Shown here in pieces: positions 29,401-44,400 of a DNA stretch of 64,000 nt. The stretch's first letter is position 1. Every line of letters starts with the position of its first letter. Made by a program: the position numbers and the translations under genes. The stretch lies in the NCBI GenBank assembly GCA_002633005.1, contig NMRA01000167.1, positions 364,460 to 428,459 on the forward strand, given 5' to 3'. Under the pieces are notes generated by a model, which was not told where the DNA came from, made no database searches, and worked only from the letters and a program-made list of their open reading frames with translations. This DNA is from Phoronis australis. Lineage: Eukaryota; Animalia; Phoronida.

Positions 29401-32400
29401 ACACAGTCTTTCGTGGCCTCCCGAGATGATCACATGCGAGTTATTAGTTGTACAGCCAAGAACAGGGTTGCACCCAACATGTCAGCAACCGCCCATGTGA
29501 AATTGAACATTAGTTGTGAGTTTGAATTCCATAAAATTCGTTAGATTTACATCCAAATAACCTGAAGTGCAGTACATGTAACTGCATTGACAATAAAACT
29601 TCTAAGTTACAATTGTCTATTGAGCCGCTGAAAGTGATAACTGCTCTCGTCAATGTCACGTAATGTCGCAAACTTTTAGAATTCAGTATACGTTCGTAAT
29701 TATAGTCGTTATTTAAATCTAATTGAGTTCCAAGTATCAAATGTAAAAAACACGGAAAATTATTTATCTGATCCAATTCGTAAAAAGAAACCAAGATTAA
29801 TTGTGTCAGCTGGTAGTGCCTGGCTAACACATCGTTAGATTTTTTGATAGCCGAGCCGCCAAGGAAAATTCTTCTAGACCTCTGTCAATCAGGTCACCGT
29901 CCTCCGGATCGTTTTCAAATTTTTCCAACAACAAATGTGTCGATTCAATGGTCAAGTAGCTTTTGCCTTAAAACAGAAGCATGATATACAAATTTGATCA
30001 AGTTTGTAAGCACACTGGGATAAAAAAAACATTAGCCTTAGAAATCCACGATTAGTCGGATTGGTCTAATATACATGTATTCTAGGTAACATTATGATTC
30101 TCAGATGATCAAAAATGGGCATTTACAGATAAAATGATATTCATTCTCAATAAAACTATAACCAAAGTTATGTTGAAATAAAGAACATATTCGCAGGTCT
30201 TCATCCATTGATACGTTTCGATCTATCTAATACGGCGCTATTGCAGCACTTCTACATGTATTGACACCTAAAAGGTTTTACAGAATTTAATATGGACATT
30301 CTCAATGTAGATGGTGTGGTATTTATTGTTATTGAATTGCCTGAATCTATTTAACGCTGCTCATCTCATCTTCATTAAATTATTTAATTCACTTTCCCAC
30401 CACGGTGGCTGACTTTTCTTTACAAAAAGGACGAGTCTCAACAAGACGATATCAACGAACAAGAAACTGCCAGGTGATCTGATTCATAGTAACATTCCAC
30501 CTTAAAGTCAGTCACTTGTTTAAACAAATCAGTTGATACAATTATATTTTTCCTTAGAAATCATTAGTCTTAGAAATCCATGATTAGTCAGCTCCGTCTA
30601 ATATATTCTAGGTACATTCTAAGTCTAAGATCATCAAAAATGGGCATATGCAGATAAAGTGATATTCATCCTAAATCATATTATAACCAAATTTCTGGTT
30701 GTTCTTAGCTTTATTGTAGCATAGGAAACCGAATTCAAAATTACTTAACTGTTTGTCATGAGACTGAAAGATTTCTACTATAACAGTAATTTGAAATTTT
30801 GAAAGAAAGTCAAGTGCATCATCATGCATTCATTAGCTATTCCTTTAGCGTTCCAACACACAATCTGGAAAGCGTTTATATGCGGACCGATGGGGATTGT
30901 TAGGCTGTATCTTCACTACGGGGATACCGCCGGTTAACTCCAGATAGAATGTAATGTTTGCGCTGGTTCAGTTCATCAATCCTATGGAGATTGAAATTGT
31001 AGACGTGAGCCACGCTATTAGTAAATAGCCTGTAAAATATCACATGTGCTTTTTCATCGGCTATAGCTTTTAGTATCTACTGACCCAACTTCCTCCCGAT
31101 ATCTTTCATCCTCTCTGTGTAGTCTGGCGTCACTCTGCTATCATTACCTTGCAGTTTCCTCTAGAACTTTTGATTACCAATTACTTGTACTTGCAACTAT
31201 TAAATTTCGCTATGGCTGGACGGGTAACACCTTTTGCTCTTTGTAACCGATGTGCTCTGTCAATAGGGATGTTGTCAGTTTCTTCAATTTCAAGTGTATC
31301 ATGCATGAATATCTAGACCTTGAAACTACTACAAAAAATGCGCAATGACTGTATTTCATTGTTATTTTTGGTATGTAAGCACGGTGGGCCGATGGCCTCG
31401 AGTATGGTCAATATATATATATGTTAAAAATGTGTCGATTCCCAAGTCGCGAGTATTCTTCGAAGATTTCCTCACTCTCTCTGGTTCGTGCTACAAATCC
31501 CACAATTGAGCACAATCAGTTGAGGCCATCATGGTCAAGCTGGAAGATAAAACTGCTTGTTGTTCGCGTGTGGGCTTTGTTACAACGCCATTAAAAAAAT
31601 ATCTTCTAAAAACCTGTGGAATCTCCCTACACGTAATTTAGAAATCCAGTGTCATCTTGATAGGTTGCAGTCATTAGATTAACAAATTGTGTATACTTTC
31701 CTCGTAGAATTTTTAATTCAAAAGCAACCAGATTTGTCGTCTAACACACTCTCGAAAAGAGTTGATATCGATAAGAAACGCGGCAGATTACTATTGAAAC
31801 CACAGGTAATACGAAGGACTGCATCAATCATAAAACCTGTAGTCTCATTCATTTCATCTGTGCAGTTAACCAAAAGGTAGGACATAGTCAAAACCTTTTC
31901 AAAAAGGTCACTTGATTTCTGCCTATACATGTACATGTAAGTGTGAGTTGTCATTTTCCTGACTGAAGTTGATAATCATCACGGCCATGATAGGTGTACC
32001 TACCTACGGATTCACTACATGTAGGTATAGAGAAGCAACTGCAAAAATATTGATCTATATACATCACCTCTTAGTCTATTTACATCAGCAGGAACTGCTT
32101 CTCGTGTTGCAGCGCTATTAGGAAAACGAGCACAACAGTGTGGAATACTAACGGGGGTCAATGATTAGATTTCCGCTGCGCCCTGGGGCATGGTGGGTAA
32201 TAAAAAAGACCAAAATATGACGCTGACCTGCCGGCCATACTATTATTACAAACAAGAAGACATGCACTGGTTGAGTACGATAACTGGCCAGAGTATAAAC
32301 ACCACGGCGGTGGTTCACTGGCAGCTTCACCTGTTCATTAAGAATGTCTGATGATCTGAAGACGATTACTTGTCTCGGACAGAGCAGTGCTAGAAGGACC

Positions 32401-35400
32401 CATAACAACTGAGTTTAAAATGTTATATTTGGCTTCAAACAAATGCCAAGAGTTGATTTCTGCTTTCAGTAACCTTTTCTATTTCTTTTTCTTTCAAACT
32501 GTCCCTTTGTCAAACTACACGCGAGTGGATTCACGAAATTTCGTCTAGTTCCTCGACATGGTGACAGTTCTAGGTGAGACGATTTGTGGACGAGACGGAC
32601 TCATCAGGTCTTGACTGTGATTGAGTGTTTTTAATGAGATTTAATCACTGAACTAATTGTTTATCCCGAAGACGGACCTGATCAAGAAAATCTCACTCTA
32701 CGTGTTGACGGAAAGGCAACCGAGGGAAGAAAAATGACATTGACGTGTCTGACACCAGTCTGCAACCCGGCATGCTACTTTGAGTGGACAGGTCGCTCGT
32801 TCTACAAACCGTCTTTTGCCTCTCACCTCCAGTCTACACAGACTTTCGTGGCTTCCCAAGATGACAACATGCGAGTCATTCGTTGTACTGCCACCAACAA
32901 AGTTGAACCCAACAAGACAGCAACCGCCCAAGTGAAACTGAACGTTAGTTGTGAGTTTAAATTAATTCAGAATAATTAACTTTTCTTCCAAATAACCTGA
33001 AGTGCAGTACATGTAAGTGCATTGTTGACAACACTTGAAGCGCATACGGTCTCGCCAGCTCATGACTGTGATTGGATGTTTTTAATGAGATCTAACTATT
33101 TTAATTATGAAATTGTTGATCTTGAAGACGGACCTTATCAAGAAAACATCACTCTAGTTGTTGATGGAAAGGCCATTGAAGGCAGCAGAATGACACTGAC
33201 GTGTCTGACACCTGTCTGTTACCCGGCGTGCTACTTTGAGTGGACAGGTCGCCCGTTCCACCAACCTTCCACTACCACACAGCTCCAGTCTACACAGGTA
33301 TTCGTGGCCTCCAGAGATGACCACATGCGAGCCTTTCGTTGCATAGCCAGAAACAAAGTTGAACCGAGCACAACGGCAAACGCCCATGTGAAACTGAACA
33401 TAAGTTGTGAGTTTGAGTTCAATTAAATTAATTAGCTTTACTTCCAAATATTTTGAAGTGCAGCTCGTGTACATTGTTGACGAACACTGCAAGTTACATT
33501 TCTCTATCGAGACGCTGTCTCATCGATGTCACGTGATGTCATAAATGTTTATAATTTAGTATACGTTCCTCAATCGTTGTAGTCGATACTTACATTTGAC
33601 TAAAGTTTAATTGTCAAGTTTAAAAAAAAATGAGAATTTATTACCTGATCTACTTCGTCACAAGAAGCAAAGACTGTCAGGTGGTGGTTCTTGGCCAATT
33701 CATCGTCTGATTTTTTCGATAGCCGAGCCGCCAAAGTACATTGTTCTCACCTCCGTTAATCGGGAATGTATTCTCTATCTTGACGATGGTTTTCGAATTC
33801 GTCCAACAATGAATTTTTCCATTCACAAGGCGCGGGTATTCTTCCAAGATACCCTCACTCACTGTCTTCCACTGGCGCACAGTTTGTTGAGAAAACCATT
33901 AACAAATGGGAAGATAAACCGCTTTTGTACTCATAATGGGTGACTTAAACGCCCGAACCGACTCTCTTGATGACTTTATTTTGGACGACAATTCAAAATA
34001 TTTACCTTGTCACGACTGGTACGAGTCAGGTAGGTTTTCTCTGTCAAGGAACTCCCAAGATGACACAGTAAATAACTTTGGTAACGCCCTCATTGACATG
34101 TGTTTTGAACTTAATGTGCATATTGCAAATGTTCGGTTTCCAGATGATGCGACGTGTGGTAATTTTGTATGTTTTGCTTCAGGAGGCTGCAGTTTAGTTG
34201 ATTTTTTACTTATATCTACTGATTTGTTTGAAATTGTAAATGATTTTAAAGTAGATGTCTGGGACGAGTCAGATCACTTGCCTATCATATGAAGCTTTAC
34301 ACGTGAAGAACCAATGATTACGTCGTGTGATGAGACCCATGAAAAACTCAATTCACGTTGTGACATAAATAACATCTACTTAGATATGCATGCTACAAAT
34401 ATTAATTCACTATTATATGCAGATGACAGGGTTTCGTGTTCTCTAACAGCGTCTAACTTGCAACGTATGTTGAATTGTCTCAATGATTTAATGATTCATG
34501 GGGTATGGCTGTGAGTTTAAAGAAAACCTAAATAATTGTATTTTGAAATGGAGTTCCCTTGAGACATTTTGGTAAATGGTTTTTTAACAAACAGCAAGTT
34601 GATGCTGTATCTCATGATAAAAAAATCTTGGTGTTTTTATCACACCTAAATTGTCATGGTCGAAAGCGACAACAAATCTTTCTTGTCAAGCAAATAAAGC
34701 TGCATCATGTGTTTTGAAACTGCAGCGCAGATGTCGCGATATGCCCCATTAACTTGCCTTTCAGTTATTTGATAAACTGGTGTACCCAACATTGTGTTAT
34801 GGTGCCGAGACTTGGGGTTTTAAAGAATACGACTGTTTAGGGGGACTCTTAAAATTCTCCCAGATTCCACCTGGCAGTTCAGGGGTGCGAATGTCTGAAG
34901 GGCAAAATCCTGTTTAATACTCTGGCCTGCCCCCTTAACTTAAAATCCTGCCGGGTCCACCTTTGTCCACTGTCCTAAAGACGTGTCTCTTCAGAGCTCA
35001 TAGATCCCGAATATACGTTAAATGCGTGTAAAATATACGTTAACTTCTTGTCTCACACTGCCTCTGACTAATATTCCTTCGCCAACAATATCGTAAAATG
35101 TAACATAGAGTGTAAGATGAAGGTATCATGTTTATCATGTTAATGGTTATATTACCCAAACGGCATCCCTTGTCAAACATAGCACGAGGTGATTTAGGTC
35201 AATCACTGCTATGTTACCGCTGTAATTCGTCAACAAAAAATGCGCATGTGCAACTTTGCAGATGGGCCAACTTCAGTGGTATTTACAAATAGGCAGACCG
35301 TGTGCTCAAACGGCACGTGCATAGCAACAGCTGGAAAGCAGGTCAGCATCGCCTGCCGAACCGATGAGGTAAATCCTTCCGTGTTGATGGAAATTGAAGT

Positions 35401-38400
35401 CAGTATTGGTGAACATACATCTACCATAGCGCCGACCAAGCAGTGGGACAGTGACAACATGGTTACGGGCACACATACGTTCACGGTCACCCCCGACCAT
35501 CATGCAAGTCGAGTAGTGTGCACCGCCAACAATTCTCTCCATCCAACCATACACGCCTTCTCCAACTTTGTGCTGGACGTTTCAGGTTGGACACCATACC
35601 CATCACATTTGTTACTAATTAGGTTTTGTCTTCGGGCGGTAAGTTTATGACCGGGTGGGCGGATGCATCATTCTGCCGCATCTCTGGCAGACTGTCACCA
35701 GCTGTTTCAGCTCAACGTATTATGTAATTTTTATATTTATCGATATTCATAGTAGTTTAGTTTGTCATATTATATACGAATTTTATTCACCCTCACGTGT
35801 TGTTTCACTATAAACTACCTTTGTTATCGCTTCGCAGTGAATATCGTTTAAGCAAAAATATATTTTATGTAAGTTATACTGCTTCGTCCTCATTGTCATA
35901 TTGTTGTGATGGGCAGGTGACCCTCGTTGTACTCCCACTATTGGTTTAATTATACCACGTGATTTCTTTGTCTCGTCGCAACACTCTGCTATCGCAGTTA
36001 GTGCATATAAATGACGTTCCGACCGAATGGAGCAGCAGACTGTCTGTAAAGATGAGAACATTATTGCCAATCATGACGCTGTATAATCCTCGTTATTTAG
36101 CTGTCAAAAACAAACACTGTATCAAACCAATCTTGCTCCTATGATTGAACGTTTAATTATCTTTGTCGTGATGAGACTTCATATATGTTAGAAACATCAT
36201 CGAAATCCTCAGCGTTTGTTAAATTTGAGTTGGCCAACTCAAAATTACGAGTTCGAAAATCGCGCGTGTATGCACATGCATCTGGCTGAGTTGTCTCATT
36301 CAGAATCATTGAGCTCACATATGTGGGATACTGGGCAGGGATTCTAATCTTTAGTCATAAGGGAACTCGAAATTATGTTTTGGCATTTTCTACCCTACTT
36401 TTGTGCGAACTCAATATAAGTGTCTTTTATTTTATGCTCGAGTACCTAACGACTTACGTGGATATCTTTAAGTCCTGGTTTGTAGTTGGTAAACCTAACA
36501 TTAAAGCTAAACTTTAAAGTTTGAACGCGAAATTTCGAGTTTTTACTCGAGTTTGTGGCACGAATATCAGGGTCATCATGTGCAAACTTGGACTAGAAAC
36601 TCATATGCGCAATCTATAAACATAGTCAAATAACCCCTTATGTTGAGTTCGCACAAAAGTAGCAGACAAATACCCAAAATATTTTCGCAACTGTTCCGAG
36701 TACAAAGATTAGATCCAGGCCCTGAGTTAAATCCCAAATAGGTTCAGTTAATGTTCAATAGAACCTTGATGACAAAACTTTGTTTTCGGTAGAATATCTG
36801 CAAATTTATTGATAGTTAACTCAAAAAACGTACATATTTTCTAAAAGTAGAAAGCCTGAAGAATTTGAGAGTTTTACTTTGTTACCAGTTTCCCTCTAAA
36901 TGTGTCACGTAACACTGCGTTTTCGTAAAATTTAGCAAAGATGTTATCATATCAACAATATGACCAAATTTTTTTATATGAATGGCAGATTTCTAAAATG
37001 CTGTAACAGATCTTTAAAATAACGACAAGTCGTTTTCGTTCGATGCAATTTTTTCGCAAAAGCCCTATTTTTAATAGCCGTTGATGAAAAAGTGGAACAT
37101 TTTAAAAGCAATTCGTAATGGCATTTCAAAATTGTGCTGAAAACACTGTATCTGAAAGTCATAAATATGTTCAGCAATTTTCGAGATTATAAACAAGGGA
37201 TTTAGCCAAATTTCAGGGTCCTAAATAACCTACAGAATTCATATATTGACAGTGCTAAAAGCGGAAGAATAATCCTAATTCGAGGCTTTCAACTTTTCAG
37301 TTGGACCAGCAAATGTGTACTTTCACCAGGCCGGAGGTTTTATGAAAGACAACACGGTCTTTGCTTGGCCTGGTCACGTGGTCTCATTGAAGTGTTCGAC
37401 AGACTTTATCAGACCCGATGCATCGATGTATTTCTTGGGTAAGTTAATGGACGAAAGGTGATAACATGTGGCATTAACAGGTAGATATTCACAAATCCAA
37501 TATGACGGATGGTACATGTACCTGAGTTTCGACTTCCCGCTTGCAATCAGTAAAAGTTTGAGGAAAGTTATGCCTGCTCACGGAACTAGGTCGCATGCTC
37601 GTCGCATACAGTAGATATCGATAGATAGGCGTATCCATAGTTCACTTTGTTTTTCTTTCCTATAATAAAGATAATGGCAAGGGTTTATCGGTAACAGCCT
37701 GGTGTACTCCATAGGTACGATTTCCATGCGATCTGAATTGTTATGTCCAAGAAAGAAGCAACAAACAAAACAACGGAAGTGTCCCAAAGGCGATAACCAT
37801 GCGACGCGCTTAGGCTCATCGTATGGTTATCGCAAATTGAACGATGCCTTGCGACCTCTGTACGACGTCATTTCGCATAGGTGAGCAAAAATCGTTCAAA
37901 AGCCAACAGCAGGTAATCCTTCATTTAGAATAGATTAAAGAAATAAGCAAATGCACGAAACTTAAAACCTGGCTATTCAAGCAGGCGCCAAATTTTAATA
38001 AAATTGCGTGAGACAAATTCAATCGTGGCCACCTTAAATTAAGACTGGCTACCTGAACAACGTGTACATGTATGTAACTCTCATATCTTGAGTCCTGAGT
38101 TACAAACACTGCACAGGTATCTGATAATCTCAGTTCATCAAATTACAAATGCAATGCTCAATTGATTTAGTTTGGCGAATTACTCGTCCAAACACCCAGC
38201 TCAAGCCCCAGCACCGTTATTTAGTCCATGCATCGTGTTTACGAGTCTGGGCACGAGATTGCTGGATTCGTAAAACGTAAATAATTAAGTTTAAATTGTG
38301 GATTTCCTCACAGGCATTTTTACAGAGCAGGCTTTCTGCTCTCCTTGAGCTACTGTACAAACATTTAAACCGTACTAAAATTTTGTAGATCATTTGCATT

Positions 38401-41400
38401 TTGTACTTGATCATGGCTCACGACTGTTAATACTGCAACCGTTGCTAGAGCGTTCTGGATTGCTAAACGCAAATGTATTACAACACTGTAATCCAAATAA
38501 CACAAGGCTTTCCACCGGAAGAAGATTATCAGTTACTATATGTACTGGCTCTGTCTGCTGCCCACCAATCAGTATTTGTTATCATACATGTACAAGCCAA
38601 CTTTATTGGGAAGAATACAGAAAATTATTCACAAGTATCAAGCATGGCTTCGAATTTATAATAAGGTGACTTCCTCTACATGTAGATACAACCCATTACC
38701 TCACAGGTGGTTGAAAATAGTGCTTCAGTACCAATTTCCTTGCCGAGTCTGTTTGACATAAACAGCGGGTTATAGAGAATATCTCGTCGGCAAAAAAGCA
38801 GCATGTAATTCAACATCACAGCCCTACCTCCTCACCTTGTTGTTGCCACTCGACGTGTATTCGAGTTCCAAATGTTTGCCGGGTAACTATGTAGAAAAGT
38901 AAAAAATTCTAAACATTCGGAACTTGGTCATTTTTACAACCTCGAAATATTCATCGGAGTTGAGCGTTGTGTGCGTACTTGTATGTGCGAGGTCCAGTCA
39001 TGAAACCAATCGTTCATCAGTTTGAAAGTCACATGGTGGGCACTGTGATTGAAACTCGCACATGGCAGATGACATTTTATCTCTGAGTGGGAACTAATGA
39101 AGTTAGGCGACCGGTGTAATATTATCATTTGGTGTACATTAAGGCCAGAACAAGAAACTGAGGCCGTTGACGAAAAACCAACGCAGCAACGGAACACGGG
39201 AGATTGAAGTGAAACTGTCCATTAAGGAAAGTGAACGCGGGCAAGAAATCACGTGCAAGGCTTTCAACTCACGTGATAACGACCTGGCAGCAATCGGGAA
39301 AGTTAGCATCGATGTCATTGGTAAGACATGAAAAAGCGTCTCTCTCGTACACATTGTCCGTGCTGAAAAACGGATTCTTTAAATTTGTAACCCTTCCTTT
39401 TCTCTGATGGTCAAGCTCCTCTATGTCTTGTGAATAGCCTCCTATTCTTCACTGAAAATGGCGCGCGGTCTAAGACCACAGTTCTGCCTTTTTGTCACTA
39501 AAAGTAGAACAGCAATCGAGACAAAGGTGTCATTGCTTTATTGCGTCCCCGCGAGTGTGCGGTTCATTTGGCGATCAGTATCAACAAGTGAAAAGTCCCG
39601 GAGGAAGTGGTATGTACATGCAAACAGGTACTTTGGGGCATATATTGACCATATAGTCGCCAAGGCAAAAACATGTGGCAGTGTGAATATAATATGCATA
39701 TTGCATAAGCATCGACACGCAATGGGGACCTGGTGACAATATCTATCACAATGAGGACCTTTATAATGTTTACTTGCGTGGCTTACTCGTAAAACAGTGA
39801 CTTTAGAAAGACATCTTAGCATAAAACCTAATAAAATAACACATGCGTGTGTCGTATTTATCGAGGTGTAATTGCTCTTACAAAACAACGTCGCGATCCG
39901 TTGCTGGATCCAAATTGCTGACAACAAAGTGATTGGATATCTCTTTATCTCTTGGGCCGTGAAAATGCTAAATAGGAACCATCTTTGACAATTGGCAAGC
40001 AACCTACAGTGTACTAGGGCTTTAAACCCGAGTATTGACTACTTTAATACTCAAAAACTGGAGCAAAACTCAGTAACTCCAGGAGCTCGCTGAAAAGCAA
40101 GACTTCGCGAGATTACTTATGATATTGTCGTGTACTTTAAATGATAAAACGTGATTCTGGCTAGATTTTATAGAAGCCTTTGCGTTACTGGACTGTACAT
40201 AGGTTTAGCGAAGTATATTTTAATATGTTTAAATACCGACTTTGCTCTTAAGTATTTGGAATAAACATATTGTACTTTTAAATGTCGATTCAATTTTGAC
40301 AACAGCTTACACACTATGGGAGTAAATCGACAAGCATGACTTAGACTTCAGTAGAGTTATTAGACTACTTTGGTGTGAAAAATACAACTCAACTCACCGA
40401 CACCAATATGTCAGAAAGTGGAGACAGAGTTTTTGCAAATCTATGTTTTAGTCTCTCCCGGGAAGTAATAATTACCCATTAGCAATTGACCGAAGCGATT
40501 TCAGGGGAATTCACCAGAGTATAGTTTGGTATCTTTCCGCAATGGGCCGTCTTCGTTGTCAAGGCTTGAATGTCTTTGTATTTTTAAAATTCGTGTTCAT
40601 CACAGGCTTTGCTCGGATTTTCCAGATGATTGAAATAATTACGTTTTTTCTAAAGTATCGTCATTTTTCACGGACACTTACATGTACATATTTTTCACAA
40701 GCATAAATCTTTTCACACGAAACCTGCAAATCACATTTATTTGTTTCAATAGCTAAAATGATGTAAAGACACCAAGATTGGAATTTCTTTTGCTTTTGGC
40801 CTTGGTTGTTAAGAATTAGTACTTTTTTCAATAAAAGGTCATTTTCGGCAGTGGTGATTTCAAGTTAATTTACCCAGACAGGCTTTTGTTACTTACATGT
40901 ATAGAGAGAAACATGATTTACAAGTTGTATCAGCAAAATATGATGTGTCCAAAATTACGTCTATGTCGTGAGTATTAAATATTTGAAAATCGCGGCCATA
41001 CTTGCGAACATGTGGACATTAATTTTATGCGCATGTATTTCTGTAAGCCTGATACTAATGCTTGCAATTATCTAAGAAATATATTAGAAGTTATACTTTT
41101 ATCAATGCGTCACTTTCAGTTGGTCCCACACGAATTACCAGTTTTGACTGTACTGGAGCGAAGCGACACGGTAATATCTGCGAAGCTACACTTGGAGAGG
41201 CACTTCATCTGAACTGCATCACTGATAAGGTGCTTCCAAATGCTTCCATCATTTTCACGATTAAGAAGACACGTGGCCCCTCTGTAATCGTAAAGCCGCA
41301 AGTGACAAAACGTTCTCTGGACATTTACAGCGCAGTGACTGTGGTTGAAGTGTCACGTGCACATGACAAAAGTGAGCTGACGTGTGAAGCTAGGAACGCT

Positions 41401-44400
41401 ATTGACATTTCCCTCGTTGTTTCCCAACGTATACTTCTCGAATACAAGCCTTCTTGTAAGTTATATTTTTAGGGTAAAAACTAATGTTTGTGCAAGAGCA
41501 TTGTACAAGCAAAACGCGTAACCTTGAACACTGGCCAATTTATTTCGACTGGCCATTCCACGTCAAGTGCTCAACAAAATACTAAAAGAGGCGTCATCTT
41601 ACCGACGTTCTGAATATCCAAAGCTTATGCGCATTTCAATTAGCTGTTAAAGGTGAAGGCAACCTTTTTCCATGTCATTTTGAGCTAAAATAAGGTTGGT
41701 TGGTTATCCTAGACATATTTACCACTTAATTACAGCTTTTCGTAATTTTATTAATTACTCGTCCGCTACTCCGGAAGTGACGTTTTAGGAGGCAAGCATT
41801 TCGCGCCAATTTCTTTTCATGTAGTCTGACTGTGAGAGCTGCCGAGTCAGTCATTGTTCTACCTCGGTTGTGTTATGTTCCGTCGTCGTTTGCTTTCATT
41901 TACTAGTTAGTCAACATGCCACACTGTTGCTGCGTACCAGGATGTACTAATTATCGGCTCACGCGCGCTTTGGGAGTACCTTTGCATCGCTTTCCGATGG
42001 ATGACACACTTCGCCGTACTTGGCTCGTTCGTGTGAAAAACGCAGCGTTACCCGTCCACGCAACGTACAAAGCAGTGGAGAATTACCGTGTGTGTGGCAA
42101 GCACTTTCNTTATCACATAAAACAGAAAAGGTATACTTAGGAATTGCCAATCACGTAAACGTGAAAATTATTGACAAAAGCAATGTTCTTTACAAGTACG
42201 AGGTGCAAAACGTACGGGGTAAACAACATGACGTAATGCATCCCATTCTTTGTACAGTTCTCATAAAAGGTCCACACTCCGTGAGTATGACATTTACTGG
42301 TGGACGTGTATCCAAAAACAAGCTAGTGACGTCGGACGGTTTTGCCATCAGCATTGTTTGCCTATCCGGCGTGGCCAACTGGGGTTCGGACGTCTTCATA
42401 ACTGCCACGAAGCACGGCGGCAAGGCAACCTACCTCGCCGTAACTAAGCAGTCGTTTACCAACAACACTGACCTGGCAAAGGCTAACTTAGACGTGACAC
42501 TGGACTACACGTCGGGTGTGATTACGTGCATAGCTAAAAACAATCGGGACTATAGAATTGAAGTAAAGAAATCTATCAAACTTGACGTGACAGGTACTGA
42601 TGAAGGGCAGTGGCAAATTTAACTATTGATTAATTCAATTTATAAAAAAATCCGACTTTGATACTGCGGGGCATTTCCTAACCAGCTTTCCATAGATAGG
42701 TGAAGTGTTGCACCTCGTTAAAAATGCACCGAGATTCAAAAATAGCCATCTATTGTTCTATTCACATGAGCCTGACATGTATTCTCAGTCCAAAATTAAA
42801 GTAAAATATCGTAATAATACGATCACACCCGAGAAATCGTGTTTGCATTTTTCCAGGTTGTCAATCACTCCTTTACATACACTCACTAGCACCACTGACG
42901 TCAGAGGAGCAGTATACACCTTTTTGCGATGCTTCATTGTCAGACAACATAGCCTAGATTTAAATTCTGGTCTTCCAAACGGGAGCCCGGAGCTCAAACC
43001 ACTAGACCACTTTGTCTCATCCATCTAAATAAATCTTTTTACAGTCCAATTACAAAAAGCGACCACGTCGTTTGTTTCCACTTCCGCCAAGGAAAGGCTG
43101 TCTGGTTTAAAGTGATTTGAACCATAACTTAAAGTACAATGCTCTGACAAGTGGCTACATTGTCAGCATCATTAAACCTTCCATTATATCACTATAAATC
43201 AAAATCGTGAATTCAATATTCCCCAAAACAAGAAAACAGAGGGAAAACGAAAGTTTCTTTCTAAGTGTGACGGATGAACGTACTCAGCGCCAATTTTCGT
43301 GTCCACCAGCAGGCAAACTTGTGTCATGGTAATTGCGCCACAGTAATGTCCCGGCATCGTGAAAAGAGCCACAGCGCGATCAAATACTGAGTTGTCACAA
43401 TCACTGACAATGCAACGCTTCGTCATTCTTCATTACACCATAAAACATGGAAAAAACGAGAGGCTATATCAGTCTCCCGTTCAGTAACGCTAGGACCTCG
43501 CTAACAAGCAAGACTTCGCGAGATTACGTGAGATATTGCCGTGCATTTTAAATAAGAACACGTGACTTTAACTAGGTTTTAGCTAGGTCCTAGCGTCTAC
43601 TGAACGCACACCTGTTTTTTACACTGAAGCAAGGGAGTATGACAAATGCTGTGGTTGGTTCTCCTGATTGTACGTAGTGCGTATCGACCAACAAATACTG
43701 GTAACTCAACCTCAGCTAATTAACATATTGTCAGATTGTGTTACCAGATCATCGACTCGGAGTTAATTTTTGTTATTTTTGTATGGAATTAATGATGTTA
43801 AGCACTTTAAACATTTGAATTGATCGCTGCACCCATTTACAGTTACGGCTCACGTATAGGCACGTAGAAACTAAGTCAATAAATGTTCGAAAGTGACTAA
43901 ATTTGATTGGTTTGCTTTTAGCAAGTTACGTTCTTACAATCCCAACATTAACGAGTACGGAGGTAATGTAATACAATTAAATTGTGTGGACAGACGGAAA
44001 TTTGTGTGGAGCATGTTCATATTTCTGCATGAACCGGCGACTTCTTTCATCACCTGATTATTCCTTTCCTTTCCTACAACCGGCAAATTTTTTTCATTAA
44101 GGCATTCCCAAAACTTGGGGTTTTCTATCTGAACCGTAGTTTCAGCATTACCATTAAAGCTTTATAGGTTCTTATTGAAAAGTCAGTATATTTAGCCAAA
44201 TATCTAAAGAGTACCTACCTTTTTTAGCAGAAGTAGATTATTTTCTGAAATTAGAATTCCTCAGAATCGGATTATGACGTCATCAACCTGGCACTAATTA
44301 GGTCACATGACCTTGGCTTTTTAGGAAAATGTAAGAAAAAGGAAAGGTACAATCATAACTAAACAATAAGATCAAACATAGAATCAAATTTTGTATCATG

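Noticed and set aside
25861-33406. Somatic rearrangement (RSS/RAG-like or retroelement-driven diversification) of the Ig exon array
   Set aside because: I saw no heptamer-nonamer signals at exon borders. Nearby RT and THAP sequences are ordinary degenerate transposons, and the exons have normal splice sites.
42020-42622. 200-aa ORF suggesting a THAP-Ig fusion
   Set aside because: It crosses an N junction, reads the THAP region out of frame, and includes intron sequence. The real exon starts at 42258.
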